A stretch of DNA of 64,000 bases, taken from positions 1-64,000 of the forward strand of contig JBDRRF010000041.1 of the NCBI GenBank assembly GCA_043825875.1, in the 5' to 3' direction. A program made the translations under genes and the position numbers. Below the pieces are notes generated by a model. It ran no database searches. It had not been told where the DNA came from and was given only the letters and a program-made list of their open reading frames with translations. Source of the stretch: Pseudomonadota bacterium. Its GTDB lineage: Bacteria; Desulfobacterota; Desulfobacteria; Desulfobacterales; RPRI01. The first letter of the stretch is position 1. Each line of letters begins with the position of its first letter. Of this stretch, positions 9,449-19,617 are shown one piece after another.

Positions 9449-10210
9449 TTATGCAATTAGAATCAGACCGCCATCTATTCCAATAAATTGTCCGTTTAGG
9501 TATGATGCACCTTCACTAGCCATAAAAGCTAATATTTGTGAGCAATCTTCATAAGCCTTACCAAAATGCCCGACTGGTATCTCGCTTTCTATTCGACTTG
9601 CAGCGTCCCGCCCCTGTGGGGTCATATCATAAGCTTCTGTTCTTACAATGGGCAAGCATGCATTTGTTACAATACCAAACCCACCCCATTCTTTAGCTGC
9701 GTTCCGTGTAAGTGCCATGATGGCTCCTTTTGCCATTTCATATGCAGCAAAACCTGGTGCCCCTACCAGGCATGAATGTGAAGAAGTATTAATAATACGC
9801 CCATATCCCTGCTTCTTCATATAGGGGTAGCACTTTTGCATAAATAACATAGTTTGTAATGGTCCTGTGACAAAGGCTTCGAGCGCACCTTTTGGTGTGA
9901 CACCGGTCAGATAAGTCATATCTTGCAATGCACCCTGAGCTATATTGGCAAGAACATCAACGGTTCCAAATTCTTTAATAGTTGTATTAACGACATTATC
10001 GATGTCTTCTTCATTTACCACGTCGCAAGTAACGGATATGGCGGTACCTCCTTTTGCGGCAATTTCTTTAACAAGAGCCTCCAGTTTTTCCGTACGGCGT
10101 GCAGTTATCACAAGTTTAGCTCCCTCTTCAGCAAATCGAACTGCACAGCCCCTGCCTACTCCTGAGCTTGCTCCTGTCACAATAGCAATTCTTCCTTCAA
10201 GAATACCCAT
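9449..10210 (-). CDS. SDR family oxidoreductase
   Basis: TGASSGVG, YEMAK; start set at ATG 10210 (GGAGG RBS). Confidence 0.9.
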   Translation of the reverse strand: MGILEGRIAIVTGASSGVGRGCAVRFAEEGAKLVITARRTEKLEALVKEIAAKGGTAISVTCDVVNEEDIDNVVNTTIKEFGTVDVLANIAQGALQDMTYLTGVTPKGALEAFVTGPLQTMLFMQKCYPYMKKQGYGRIINTSSHSCLVGAPGFAAYEMAKGAIMALTRNAAKEWGGFGIVTNACLPIVRTEAYDMTPQGRDAASRIESEIPVGHFGKAYEDCSQILAFMASEGASYLNGQFIGIDGGLILIA

Positions 10211-10305
10211 CTGAATCCTCCTGATAGTCATACATCATAGTAATTGGATTTCGACTATGCATACATTGCTTCATAAGCTCACATAAGCAGTGAAGCAAGC
10301 CCATC

Positions 10306-11481
10306 TCAACGCCCCGGATCGCTGAGAAGATGACCAAAGCGCTTACGATATTGTGGAAATTGTTGCATAATGGCAACAGAATCAAACCCGAAATCCTCTG
10401 CATTGTAATGGTGGCTGCCATGTTTTGATTTTGGATTCTCGGCAATATATTGTTCTATACGGCGTATATGTTCGGCACTGAAGGGTAAATCAAAATGCTG
10501 ATGAATGCGGCGAACCTGGCCAACCGGGTCGAGTACCGTGTCACGATAAGGAATGTCAAGCACTCGCGCATCGAGTTTTGGATCACGCGCACGTGCTGCC
10601 GTACTACGCTCAAGACATGCTCCAAACAAATGTGCTGCCAGTTGGCCAATCTCCTTCCGCTTCGCACGCGGATCATTCATATGAAATATAGTCCAGATAA
10701 AATTCGAACCAGAGGGAATCGTCCGTACCGGATCACGATGTGTCTGAACGAAACACGCGTCCGGATACGTTGCGGCCAGCTGATCGAGATTAAGCTGATG
10801 CATCGGTTCTTTCAAAGTCCAACGGCCACGAGGACCTTTCCACTGCAATTGTTGCAGCACTCGCTTATGCGTGCGATAGAGACCCTCAATCGGGGTATCG
10901 GCCAGCCAGTGTACGAAACGAGGTACACCATAAAATGAGAATAATCGTGCGCTGGCAAAATGCAGAGCCATTAAATAGAGACAATCCGCCGGCATAGTGG
11001 CGCCGAATGGATGTATTTTCTTTAATTCCGGCAAGGCCGCAAACATGCCTTCGAGTTGTGCCTGCATTTGAGCAATTCTGGGATCGGTGTCGAATGTAGC
11101 AGCCTCAGGCGCAGGCCATGGCCTTGCGGTTTCCCATACAAGAGGTGCACGGGCAGCCGGGTCGAGAGCCATAAGATCATGCAGAATCGTTGTACCGGTT
11201 CGGGACAATCCGATAAGAATAATCGGGCGTTTGATTTTGATTGCAAGTATTTCAGGATACCGGCGCTCATCATCCACAAGCCTGAGTCTGGTAATCAATA
11301 GATCAATCATGTGCTCTGTAAAGCGTTCAACCAATTTAGGCAAAGGATCGGTCTCGCACAGGGCCTCGACAAGAACCGTAAGGCCTATACGAAATGTTTG
11401 GTCAGACCCCCAATCTGAAAGACCGGAGCGATGTTCTGCTTCATGTATAAGTGTAGTAACGCTAAGTTCCATGGATTTCAT
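10306..11481 (-). CDS. Sulfotransferase family protein (mycobacterial Stf-like)
   Basis: PAPS-binding loop GLSRTGTTILH, WTLKEP, FVQTHRDP, C-terminal KHGSHHY. Confidence 0.85.
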   Translation of the reverse strand: MKSMELSVTTLIHEAEHRSGLSDWGSDQTFRIGLTVLVEALCETDPLPKLVERFTEHMIDLLITRLRLVDDERRYPEILAIKIKRPIILIGLSRTGTTILHDLMALDPAARAPLVWETARPWPAPEAATFDTDPRIAQMQAQLEGMFAALPELKKIHPFGATMPADCLYLMALHFASARLFSFYGVPRFVHWLADTPIEGLYRTHKRVLQQLQWKGPRGRWTLKEPMHQLNLDQLAATYPDACFVQTHRDPVRTIPSGSNFIWTIFHMNDPRAKRKEIGQLAAHLFGACLERSTAARARDPKLDARVLDIPYRDTVLDPVGQVRRIHQHFDLPFSAEHIRRIEQYIAENPKSKHGSHHYNAEDFGFDSVAIMQQFPQYRKRFGHLLSDPGR

Positions 11482-11486
11482 CTCCT

Positions 11487-12509
11487 CTACCCGGATAGTT
11501 CACACATGCCGTAGCCGACCTCATTGTCCCATTCAAAGATAGAACATGACTGGCTCATCAAGACTTCGCAATCAACAACAAGTCCATGAAAGTCTAAAGA
11601 AATGCTCTTAGTCTTTTCGCCAGGCTTGCCTTCGTTCCAGGTCCCAACAGGAATCCACGTTGTCTTGACATTTCTGCCCTTAATGTGCGCTGTTCCAAGA
11701 GCGCTCTTCAATATAACCGTATAAGGCGGTAATTTCGGAACACGATCAAGCTCCGGCACCTGGAGAACTTCTGCGCGATGGACCTGTTTATTTTCGAAAA
11801 TATATGCTTCGCTAAAATAAGGAATATTGCGCTCCTTATTGAGAACTTTCAGACCGAATCCTCTGCCACTCGGAAAAAACCCGCAGACCCAGGCATGGCT
11901 TTTCATGCCGGTCATGTCGCGTGGACCCCGTACATGTGCCCGCAATCCGACACCCTCAAAGTTCCACGACTCGGTCGCAACCTTAATCTGACCGACTGCT
12001 TTTACCAGTTGTTCGTATTTTCCGAGAAAGTCGCTCTGTGTCTCCACTGCCGCAGATTGATTGCCAGGCCCTGTGCTCAAAGGGATAATCCATGGCTCAC
12101 CTTGTGTTGTTGCCCGGATGTCGACATCGACATGGGTTGTGGGCCCTTCGCAAACCAGGCCGCGCGCCTGCTGTTCTTCGGTTGTAACAAGTGCCTTGCC
12201 GGTCCAGCGATAACGCCAGGATCTAAAAGGTTTTTCGCAATGCAAGCTAAGATTTGTTCCGCCCGGCTCGTTGCCCTTTGTAAATGTACCTTCGGATTGT
12301 GTTATCAAAATTCGTCCATCGGGTAGAAACAAGCTGGCACGTTCACAAGCCCTGCCCGCCGTAATGCCATGGAGATGAAGGTTTATTCCAATATCTTTCG
12401 GGCCGTCATAAAACCAATTATTAAATGTCTCAACCAGGTTGGGTATGTGCGATGCCGTCGTCAGCGCATAATCAAATTCTTGACGGAGACCACCGTTAAA
12501 ATTGTCCAT
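11487..12509 (-). CDS. Uncharacterised beta-rich protein (tocopherol cyclase/AttH-like clan, DUF7064-like)
   Basis: ETFNNWFYD, PFRSWR, YEQ...GQIKV...GVGLRAHVRGPR, terminal GYGMCE; ATG 12509 with GGAG RBS. Confidence 0.6.
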   Translation of the reverse strand: MDNFNGGLRQEFDYALTTASHIPNLVETFNNWFYDGPKDIGINLHLHGITAGRACERASLFLPDGRILITQSEGTFTKGNEPGGTNLSLHCEKPFRSWRYRWTGKALVTTEEQQARGLVCEGPTTHVDVDIRATTQGEPWIIPLSTGPGNQSAAVETQSDFLGKYEQLVKAVGQIKVATESWNFEGVGLRAHVRGPRDMTGMKSHAWVCGFFPSGRGFGLKVLNKERNIPYFSEAYIFENKQVHRAEVLQVPELDRVPKLPPYTVILKSALGTAHIKGRNVKTTWIPVGTWNEGKPGEKTKSISLDFHGLVVDCEVLMSQSCSIFEWDNEVGYGMCELSG

Positions 12510-12710
12510 AAGCTTTCTCTCCAGACCTTGCAAGCAAGGTGTTCCCACGAGCCTATATATCAGGTATTTTGTGACGTGATAAAAACTTGCTTTTAAAATT
12601 TAATTAAAAAGCTTAAAATAAGATATAGTACTATTTATATATTTTATATCATTTGCTAACAATAAAATAAGGATTAAGCAAATTTTCCTTGTTGAAATAC
12701 AAATTCTAAT

Positions 12711-13283
12711 TCATGTTTTGCATATCCTGCTTCTTAAGTATTTTATCAGATATAAAATACTGCCGGTTAATATTAGCAGCACTACTAATGCGCCTAAAAT
12801 CCATTTAAACGATGAAAAGATACTAGTTATTAATGCCACATTTGGATTAAAATCAGGTAAGCTTGAAATCATAAAAAAAACCCCGATATTTTCAAAATAA
12901 TCACAAAAGGCCGCAGCAAAAGGAAGTATTATAATCCCCTTAATCCTGCTATCGGGAGATACAATTCTTTTAAACAAAGCTGATATTATAAGAGTAAAAG
13001 ATATGGCTGAAATTAGTGGGTAAATTGAATCTAATATGAAAAAATAATGCAAATAAAGTCGAAGGCCTTCACTTGATGTTGTCGTTAACCATTTTCGTGC
13101 GTATTCAACATTATATCCTATGATAGCATCAGGTAGAGTTAGTCCATTAGAATTTAGTTTAAGACGGGGTATAACATCTAACATAATTATAGTACTAAGT
13201 ATTAATGTGAAAAATAACATAACCGAAATTATTTTCCAGACGGCATTTTTTTCAATCAATTGGAAAATACTATTATTTCTCAT
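12711..13283 (-). CDS. Hypothetical membrane protein
   Basis: 190-aa AT-rich ORF, about four hydrophobic segments, LDSIYP and DYFEN motifs. Confidence 0.7.
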   Translation of the reverse strand: MRNNSIFQLIEKNAVWKIISVMLFFTLILSTIIMLDVIPRLKLNSNGLTLPDAIIGYNVEYARKWLTTTSSEGLRLYLHYFFILDSIYPLISAISFTLIISALFKRIVSPDSRIKGIIILPFAAAFCDYFENIGVFFMISSLPDFNPNVALITSIFSSFKWILGALVVLLILTGSILYLIKYLRSRICKT

Positions 13284-13298
13284 AAACTCACCATCACT

Positions 13299-13430
13299 CT
13301 ATGGGTTCAAAACCTTTCTTTTCCACTTTTTTTGTAATTCGGAAAATACTTGCAAATGATTGATTTCAGAAGCAGGACAAACATTGCTACAGGTTCCGCA
13401 CATAATACACTCAACCAAACTGTTCCGAAC
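13299..13430 (-). pseudogene. Remnant of SdhB/FrdB-like Fe-S subunit (C-terminal fragment)
   Basis: Hand translation VRNSLVECIMCGTCSNVCPASEINHLQVFSELQKK matches VQNGLYACIMCGECNNVCPAAEIDHLSLYEILRKE of 27662-28360; no intact N-terminus; apparent frameshift in an A run. Confidence 0.8.
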
Positions 13431-13569
13431 CGGCAAGGGACTCAGGTTTGGGCAAGAAGTTATTAGTTTCCACAGTCGGTAGAGATAAAGCTATAATACG
13501 AAGAGATATCAACTATTATCCTGTTTTTCGGCATGTGATTTAAAAGAGTTTAAGCGCAACTTTTTAAAG

Positions 13570-14784
13570 TCAAGTTTTATACAGTCCGGAATCTTTAAGC
13601 CACAAAAAAGTATAACCTTCAATATTATCATTTATTTTCATTTTCACAAATGATTCGAAGCTTTCCCTTTTTGGTATTTTTACTTCAACAGAATCAAAGT
13701 GCTCCGGTATAGGATATTTGCCATATGCATTAACTGCGGCAATAAACGCATGCACATGTTCAGGGGGGGTATCAGCATTTATATTGTTTAAAAAAAGAAT
13801 GAATTTCCCGCCGGAAGCCCCCGCCTTGATATATCTTTTAACACGTGCGATTATCTCGCTGACCGGTCCTTTTTCTAATAGAGATGCATCAAAGCCTATT
13901 TGCAAAGGTATACTGTGTTTGTCTGAAACATTTTTAAAAAACTCAGGTCCTATAATATTGACATCAGGATCCAATGCCAACAAGCATGTATTCATTGTCA
14001 TCTTTAAGCGAGCTTCGACAAGATCCATCGGATTTTTAAGATATGTATCTCCCCAGTTACCTGCCGACATTGCAATAAAGCCGGGTATTTTCAAATTATC
14101 ATTTAAATATTGAACATAAGGTACAACAAAATTATTCATAATCTTCATATTTATAAGAGGTATGCTGGCCCAGGCATCCGCCAGTATTACATTTTGTGCT
14201 TCGGGAAACTGATTCTTAAGGTCTCTTATATATGGAATCATGAGGTTGTCACAAATGCTTCTTAGCATCTCATGAACGAATTTAGGATCTGATGCAATGG
14301 AAGCAATCAGATTTTCGTATCCATAGATATTGCAGGCAGTACAAAAGGGGGAAGAAGCAACCAAACCCGTTCTTGGTAATCCGGTATAATCTTTAGCAAG
14401 TTTGTAGCTATCTACTAATTTGCTGAAACGCCCTGCATACAGTCCGTTAAACCTGATCTTATCGATATCGTTTTTATCTTGAATAACATAATCAGAGCGA
14501 TCTATATCCGGAATATGGTTTGGGAAATATTTTATTTTTTGTCCGATGGATTCAGGTTCAATGTTGTAGACATCCCATTGAGGTTCAGCTACAGTAATGC
14601 CATAGTATTCTGTTAGAAGCAAACTTATCTCGATAAGTGTAAGTGGATTTGTAAATACCTTATCAAAACTTATCTTGGCCATTTTACAGACATGTCCCGG
14701 AAACTGGGCTGAAACCGGAACCTTTATCGGGGTATCAGTAAAAGCTGCACCTAATATACGAATGCTGTCATACCAATAACTCAT
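13570..14784 (-). CDS. Uroporphyrinogen decarboxylase / MtaA-CmuA methyltransferase superfamily protein
   Basis: SPFCTACNIYGYENLI, DPKFVHEML, ADAWAS, GGKFILF...TPPEHVHAFIAAV. Confidence 0.8.
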   Translation of the reverse strand: MSYWYDSIRILGAAFTDTPIKVPVSAQFPGHVCKMAKISFDKVFTNPLTLIEISLLLTEYYGITVAEPQWDVYNIEPESIGQKIKYFPNHIPDIDRSDYVIQDKNDIDKIRFNGLYAGRFSKLVDSYKLAKDYTGLPRTGLVASSPFCTACNIYGYENLIASIASDPKFVHEMLRSICDNLMIPYIRDLKNQFPEAQNVILADAWASIPLINMKIMNNFVVPYVQYLNDNLKIPGFIAMSAGNWGDTYLKNPMDLVEARLKMTMNTCLLALDPDVNIIGPEFFKNVSDKHSIPLQIGFDASLLEKGPVSEIIARVKRYIKAGASGGKFILFLNNINADTPPEHVHAFIAAVNAYGKYPIPEHFDSVEVKIPKRESFESFVKMKINDNIEGYTFLWLKDSGLYKT

Positions 14785-14827
14785 TAGAGACCTCTATTAG
14801 TTTGGTATTATTAAGGATATGGTGAAT

Positions 14828-16774
14828 TTATATTATTCTTCCGATATTATATCCTTCATATATCGCATCAATCGCCTTACGGGGTGCCGCACAATCTCCA
14901 ACCGCGTATAACTCTTTTACTTTATCTTTCAAAGCATAATAGAGTTGATTATCGGCCCGGTTGCCCATTACCGAAACCACTGTATCTACATTTTCTATTT
15001 TTCTTTCAGCTTGCGTATAAACATTAAATACGGATACCGTATTTCCCGAAACCGCCTTTATAGCTGTGCTGGGGCTGAAAACCACCCCTTTATTAAGTAC
15101 TCTTCGTTGGTATGCGCCCAAATCCGGGCTACTCATAAGTCCCATACCAATAAAGAGTAAAGGTGATATAGCTTCTACTTGTTTGCCCATATCTGTTAAA
15201 TGCTCAATAACGCTCAGAAATTTCCAGTGAGCCTCCCCACCGTCAAGTACTACCACTTTATTCCCAATATCAGCTTTTCCGGAAATAGCATCCCGTTCAT
15301 TGATTACATTAGCCTGTTCCATGCCTGGCAGCGGTGGTATAACAGGCTGAGAACCGGTAGCAACCACTACTGCATGCGGCTGTTCCCGTTCAATTATCTC
15401 CGGTGTTACTTCTACACCGGTATGAATCTTTACTCCCAATATCTCCATCTGCTTTGCCAGGTATCTCGTAATACCTCCGAATTCAGACCTTCCGGAAGCT
15501 TTCATTGCAATGCTGACCTGTCCTCCCAATTCTTCCTCTTTTTCATACAGGATCACTTCATGGCCTCTCAACCTGGCTACCCTGGCCGCCTCCATCCCGG
15601 CAGGCCCACCGCCTACTACCAAGACCTTCTTCTTGGGCGAGGCCGGCGCCAAGGTACCGATTTCTCTTTCAAGTCCTACTACAGGATTCTGCAAACAAGA
15701 CATGGGCTTTCCCTCAAATAATCTGCCCAGGCACCCTTGATTACATGCTATGCAGTAACGAATCTCTTCTATCCTTTTTTCCCTGGCTTTGTTGGGCCAT
15801 TCCGGATCAGCAATAAGGCCCCTTGTCATACCCACCATGTCACCGTGTCCATCAGCTAATATTTTTTCTGCCTGTATCGGGTCATTGATCCTGAAAGTGT
15901 TAATTACAGGAAGAGAAACCGCTTCCTTGAATTCAGCCGCGTAGGCGCTGTGAAACCCTAATGGAACCTGCATTCCGCAGCCCACTGCCACTTGAATTAT
16001 ATAGGGGGGATGCCCGATATGAATATAATCTATCTTTCCTGTAGCTTCCAGCAGCTGAGCAATCTCTTTCCAATCATTTAAAGTAAGCCCGCCTGGAACC
16101 AAATCATCAGCAGGAATCCTTATACCAACAACAAAATCACTTCCCACGGCTTTGCGTATTGCATCAATTACTTCCATTGTCATACGCATCCGGTTCTCCA
16201 GATTGCCCCCATAATCATCCATACGTTTATTAAAATATGAAGACATGAATTCATTAAGCAGATAACCATTGGTACCATGAATTTCTACCCCGTCCATACC
16301 GCCTTTTTTTGAGTGGAGTGCCGATATAGCAAAGGCCTGAACAAGATTTTTGATATCTTCAATCTCCATTTCCTTGGGTGTCTCACGCATTACCGGGCAG
16401 GCAATTGCCGATGGAGCCAGAAGTGGCTGCCGACTATGCCCGCTTTCCATTTGCCTGCCACAATGACTAAGCTGCATTATAATCTTCGTACCATAAGGGT
16501 GCACCGAGTCAGCCAGACGCTTCAACATCGGTACCGACCTTTCTTCAAATATTTCCTGGATATTCAGCATTCCTTTGGTACTTGGCGCTATGGTCATGCC
16601 ACCAGCAATAATGAGCCCCACCCCGCCTTCAGCGCGCATTTTCATATATTCTATATATCTGTCATCTAGTATATTATCCTTCGCAAAGGACGTACCGTGA
16701 GGGGCAAAACCTATCCTGTTGTTAACAGTTATAGATCCTATTTTAATCGGCATAAATAAATATTTATATTCCAT
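14828..16774 (-). CDS. Old yellow enzyme family flavoprotein (FMN, 4Fe-4S, FAD; FadH/BaiCD/NCR-type architecture)
   Basis: RAEGGVGLII, EIHGTNGYLL, DDYGGNLENRMR, CIACNQGC...C, GGGPAGMEAA; ATG 16774 after GGAGGA. Confidence 0.9.
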   Translation of the reverse strand: MEYKYLFMPIKIGSITVNNRIGFAPHGTSFAKDNILDDRYIEYMKMRAEGGVGLIIAGGMTIAPSTKGMLNIQEIFEERSVPMLKRLADSVHPYGTKIIMQLSHCGRQMESGHSRQPLLAPSAIACPVMRETPKEMEIEDIKNLVQAFAISALHSKKGGMDGVEIHGTNGYLLNEFMSSYFNKRMDDYGGNLENRMRMTMEVIDAIRKAVGSDFVVGIRIPADDLVPGGLTLNDWKEIAQLLEATGKIDYIHIGHPPYIIQVAVGCGMQVPLGFHSAYAAEFKEAVSLPVINTFRINDPIQAEKILADGHGDMVGMTRGLIADPEWPNKAREKRIEEIRYCIACNQGCLGRLFEGKPMSCLQNPVVGLEREIGTLAPASPKKKVLVVGGGPAGMEAARVARLRGHEVILYEKEEELGGQVSIAMKASGRSEFGGITRYLAKQMEILGVKIHTGVEVTPEIIEREQPHAVVVATGSQPVIPPLPGMEQANVINERDAISGKADIGNKVVVLDGGEAHWKFLSVIEHLTDMGKQVEAISPLLFIGMGLMSSPDLGAYQRRVLNKGVVFSPSTAIKAVSGNTVSVFNVYTQAERKIENVDTVVSVMGNRADNQLYYALKDKVKELYAVGDCAAPRKAIDAIYEGYNIGRII

Positions 16775-16855
16775 CTTTGCTATATCCTCCAAATAATAGG
16801 ATTAAACGCATATAGTTGTAACTATAATCAAAGCCCCATTTTCTCAAAATAATTC

Positions 16856-18187
16856 TCAGGGCTTAAAGCGGTTTTCAATATCTCCTGCTACTATCTTTGC
16901 TGTTAAAGCACAAGCTGGGCTCCCACCTGCCCATCCGCCTTTTATGGCTACGCCGTCTCCGACATTGTATAGGTTTTCTATTGGAGTCTTTTGCGGAATG
17001 TCTTTATAACCTACTATAGGCGCATTGGCCAGAGTCGGCCATTCTCCCCAATAGCAACCAACATGCAGGACTTGTCCGTATTTGTTGAAGTCAGGCACAC
17101 AATCTTTTAAATCCTGGATATGTAAATTTACTTCATTTCTTAAATTCCAGGAAGATGTCTGACTTACCGGACTGGAGATGGAATAATGAATATATTTTCC
17201 TTTAGGGGCCAATGCAGGACACACATGAGAAATAGATACGAATGAAACTAATCTGCGTGTTTCATAGGTATACAAAAGGGGAACATCAAACAAAGGTCTG
17301 TCGCTGATGGTTGTAACCCAGATTTGAAGTGAAGGAACCATATTCATAAGTTCTCTTAAATAACCTTTGTCAAAATATTCTTTGCCTGCAAGAGCCACAG
17401 TTTTTTTCGGGCCTGTATTGCTTATTACCGCTCTTGCCAGAACTGTCTTCTCTCCTTTCTTATCTTCAAAAACGGCGCCTTGTGCGATTCCGTCTTTAAC
17501 CAGAATTTTTTTGGCTCTGCACTGGGTGAGAACTTTGCCCCCTTTCTCTTCTATGACATTTTTAAGCGCTTTCATCAATGCCATGCTTCCTTCAGGAGCG
17601 AAACCTACGCCACTCTGGAAATCTTTTATGCTCCCGGCGAAGGACTGAAAATATTCTTTTGCCGATACCTCATGAGCACGAGTGCTTAAAACACGGTCGC
17701 TCAGATTACTATAGTATTCTATGAGTTTCTCATCTCTTGTATATTGATTAAGATAATCTTTCAGAGATATTTCATTTGAAGGAAAATTCCAGGTCTGAGC
17801 TCTGTTTATTCCGTTTTTTAAAGCCTCTATTTCTTTTTTATCGCCGCAAAATCTGGATAAAATGGCATCCGGCTGATTGCTTTTAGACATATCAATAATT
17901 TCATTATCAATGCGATGCTTTGGTGGAATTGTCATGGGAGTCACATCAAACTCAGCACCGACTTCATCAAAAATTGTTTTAAAAGATCCGGCCATAGGTA
18001 CACCAAGTAGGCCGGTTGGAATTTTATAACCTTTATACTTTAACGTAGCGCATCTTCCACCAATTATAGGTAATTTTTCTACCACTATCGTTTTATAGCC
18101 CTTTTTTGCAAGCAGTGCTGCCGAACAAAGCCCGCCTATCCCTGAGCCCAGAATCACTACATCGCATTTTTCCTGTTTTTGTTTCAT
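16856..18187 (-). CDS. Phytoene desaturase family FAD-dependent oxidoreductase (COG1233)
   Basis: GSGIGGL...VVEK...GGRC, LAPKGK, KTPIENLYNVGD. Confidence 0.85.
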   Translation of the reverse strand: MKQKQEKCDVVILGSGIGGLCSAALLAKKGYKTIVVEKLPIIGGRCATLKYKGYKIPTGLLGVPMAGSFKTIFDEVGAEFDVTPMTIPPKHRIDNEIIDMSKSNQPDAILSRFCGDKKEIEALKNGINRAQTWNFPSNEISLKDYLNQYTRDEKLIEYYSNLSDRVLSTRAHEVSAKEYFQSFAGSIKDFQSGVGFAPEGSMALMKALKNVIEEKGGKVLTQCRAKKILVKDGIAQGAVFEDKKGEKTVLARAVISNTGPKKTVALAGKEYFDKGYLRELMNMVPSLQIWVTTISDRPLFDVPLLYTYETRRLVSFVSISHVCPALAPKGKYIHYSISSPVSQTSSWNLRNEVNLHIQDLKDCVPDFNKYGQVLHVGCYWGEWPTLANAPIVGYKDIPQKTPIENLYNVGDGVAIKGGWAGGSPACALTAKIVAGDIENRFKP

Positions 18188-18257
18188 ATACTTCTCCTCT
18201 TATTGATAGCCGGATCGTTGAAACCAAGATCGGATTGATCAATATATTTTCTTGACG

Positions 18258-18431
18258 TTAAATAGTTGCCATACTCAAGGAATCCGTTGGACAGAAGTTA
18301 ATACAGACCTGGCATTCATCACATTTTTCATAATCTATTTCGAGATAACCCCAGGCGCACAATGCATCTTTAGGGCAAAAGGTTTGACACCATCCACATC
18401 CTACACATGTTTCTTCATTTACGGTCAACAT
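18258..18431 (-). CDS. 2[4Fe-4S] ferredoxin, 57 aa (absent from the ORF track)
   Basis: Hand translation MLTVNEETCVGCGWCQTFCPKDALCAWGYLEIDYEKCDECQVCINFCPTDSLSMATI; AAGGAGG RBS. Confidence 0.92.
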   Translation of the reverse strand: MLTVNEETCVGCGWCQTFCPKDALCAWGYLEIDYEKCDECQVCINFCPTDSLSMATI

Positions 18432-18454
18432 TTAAATACCTCCTTAATTATTAA

Positions 18455-19504
18455 TCAGATCCCAAGGGGTGTAGCTTTGCCTTGCTCAAAGTATGCCTGG
18501 CAATCATTTATAGGAACACTGTGACCATCCGGAAAAATAAAACGACCATTGGTTCTGCCAAGGCCGCAATGATGAGTAGTATAACCGCCGGTCAAATGGA
18601 AGCCGAACAGTGCTCTGGCCCATAGGGCTACATTCATTTCTACAGTACCACCCGGAGCCTTCATTGTGATATTCCATTGGATGGGAATCGTTACATCGGT
18701 AAACGGATCTTTCCAGAACTCAAGCGGCTCCACATTGATCTCACCTGCACCAAAATCGATAATCTGATCATCCATATAAACACGGCCTGCGAAATGATTC
18801 GCTTCAGGCTCGGCAAAGCAAAATATCTTTATGGATTCGCTGAAGCACCATCCCCAGATATAACCCGTGGAGTGACCGATAAGTGATGGGACGTCAAAAT
18901 CTTTACCGAAGCAGGTTCGTTCACGGACAGCCCAGCCCTCATCGAAGGTATATTTTTTACCCTGATAGGTAAAAGATCCTTCCGCCCAACCAAGGTGTTC
19001 ATTCCCGGCCATTCCTTTAGCGGCAAGGTCGCTCCACGGTCCATGATAGAGAATCACATCGCCTATGCCCCCCATGGTCAGGTCGAGATCAACACCCATG
19101 TGTTCTCCTTTTAATTCCCAATAGGGCGGACGAAATATCATCTGCCGGTTGCCTGCTGTCCAGACGACCCTGTCATCTTCCTTCACAGCTTTAAAATTAT
19201 TGAAACTCATCATTGGATCCATGCGGTTTCCAACAAAGTCATTATTTACCATCGTGCGCTGTTCGCTGGGGGTAATAATCAGATTTGTCTGAAGCAACGC
19301 TCCATCCACGATTCCCCATTTTCTGCCCCCTACATGATAAAGCGTACCGCACACAAAAATATCGTTCCCTCCGGCTTTGCCCAAAACCATCATACCGATA
19401 TGATCCTGAAAATGTTCGGCCAAATGCTCTTTGGGAAGTTCCTCCATATGGCTCATCTCTTCGTCCAGCTTAACATTACAGGTGGCATTCCTTTGCGCAT
19501 TCAT
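18455..19504 (-). CDS. Uncharacterised AttH/CrtC-like protein, paralog X1
   Basis: Aligns by eye with three other ORFs; GNRQ...PPYWELKGEH.GV, EGSFTYQGKKY, WKDPFT...PIQW. Confidence 0.75.
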   Translation of the reverse strand: MNAQRNATCNVKLDEEMSHMEELPKEHLAEHFQDHIGMMVLGKAGGNDIFVCGTLYHVGGRKWGIVDGALLQTNLIITPSEQRTMVNNDFVGNRMDPMMSFNNFKAVKEDDRVVWTAGNRQMIFRPPYWELKGEHMGVDLDLTMGGIGDVILYHGPWSDLAAKGMAGNEHLGWAEGSFTYQGKKYTFDEGWAVRERTCFGKDFDVPSLIGHSTGYIWGWCFSESIKIFCFAEPEANHFAGRVYMDDQIIDFGAGEINVEPLEFWKDPFTDVTIPIQWNITMKAPGGTVEMNVALWARALFGFHLTGGYTTHHCGLGRTNGRFIFPDGHSVPINDCQAYFEQGKATPLGI

Positions 19505-19617
19505 ATTTATTCTCCTTTATAAATTCTTATTAAAGAACATTTGCAAGTCCTTGCGTAAAAAACTTTCTGCAATATTATGTGCCTCTATTATATACATATT
19601 CTTTAACACCGGATATA

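Noticed and set aside
19566..19587. Sigma54 promoter upstream of X1 (GGCAC...TTGCA on minus strand)
   Set aside because: GG to GC spacing is 11 nt rather than the required 10
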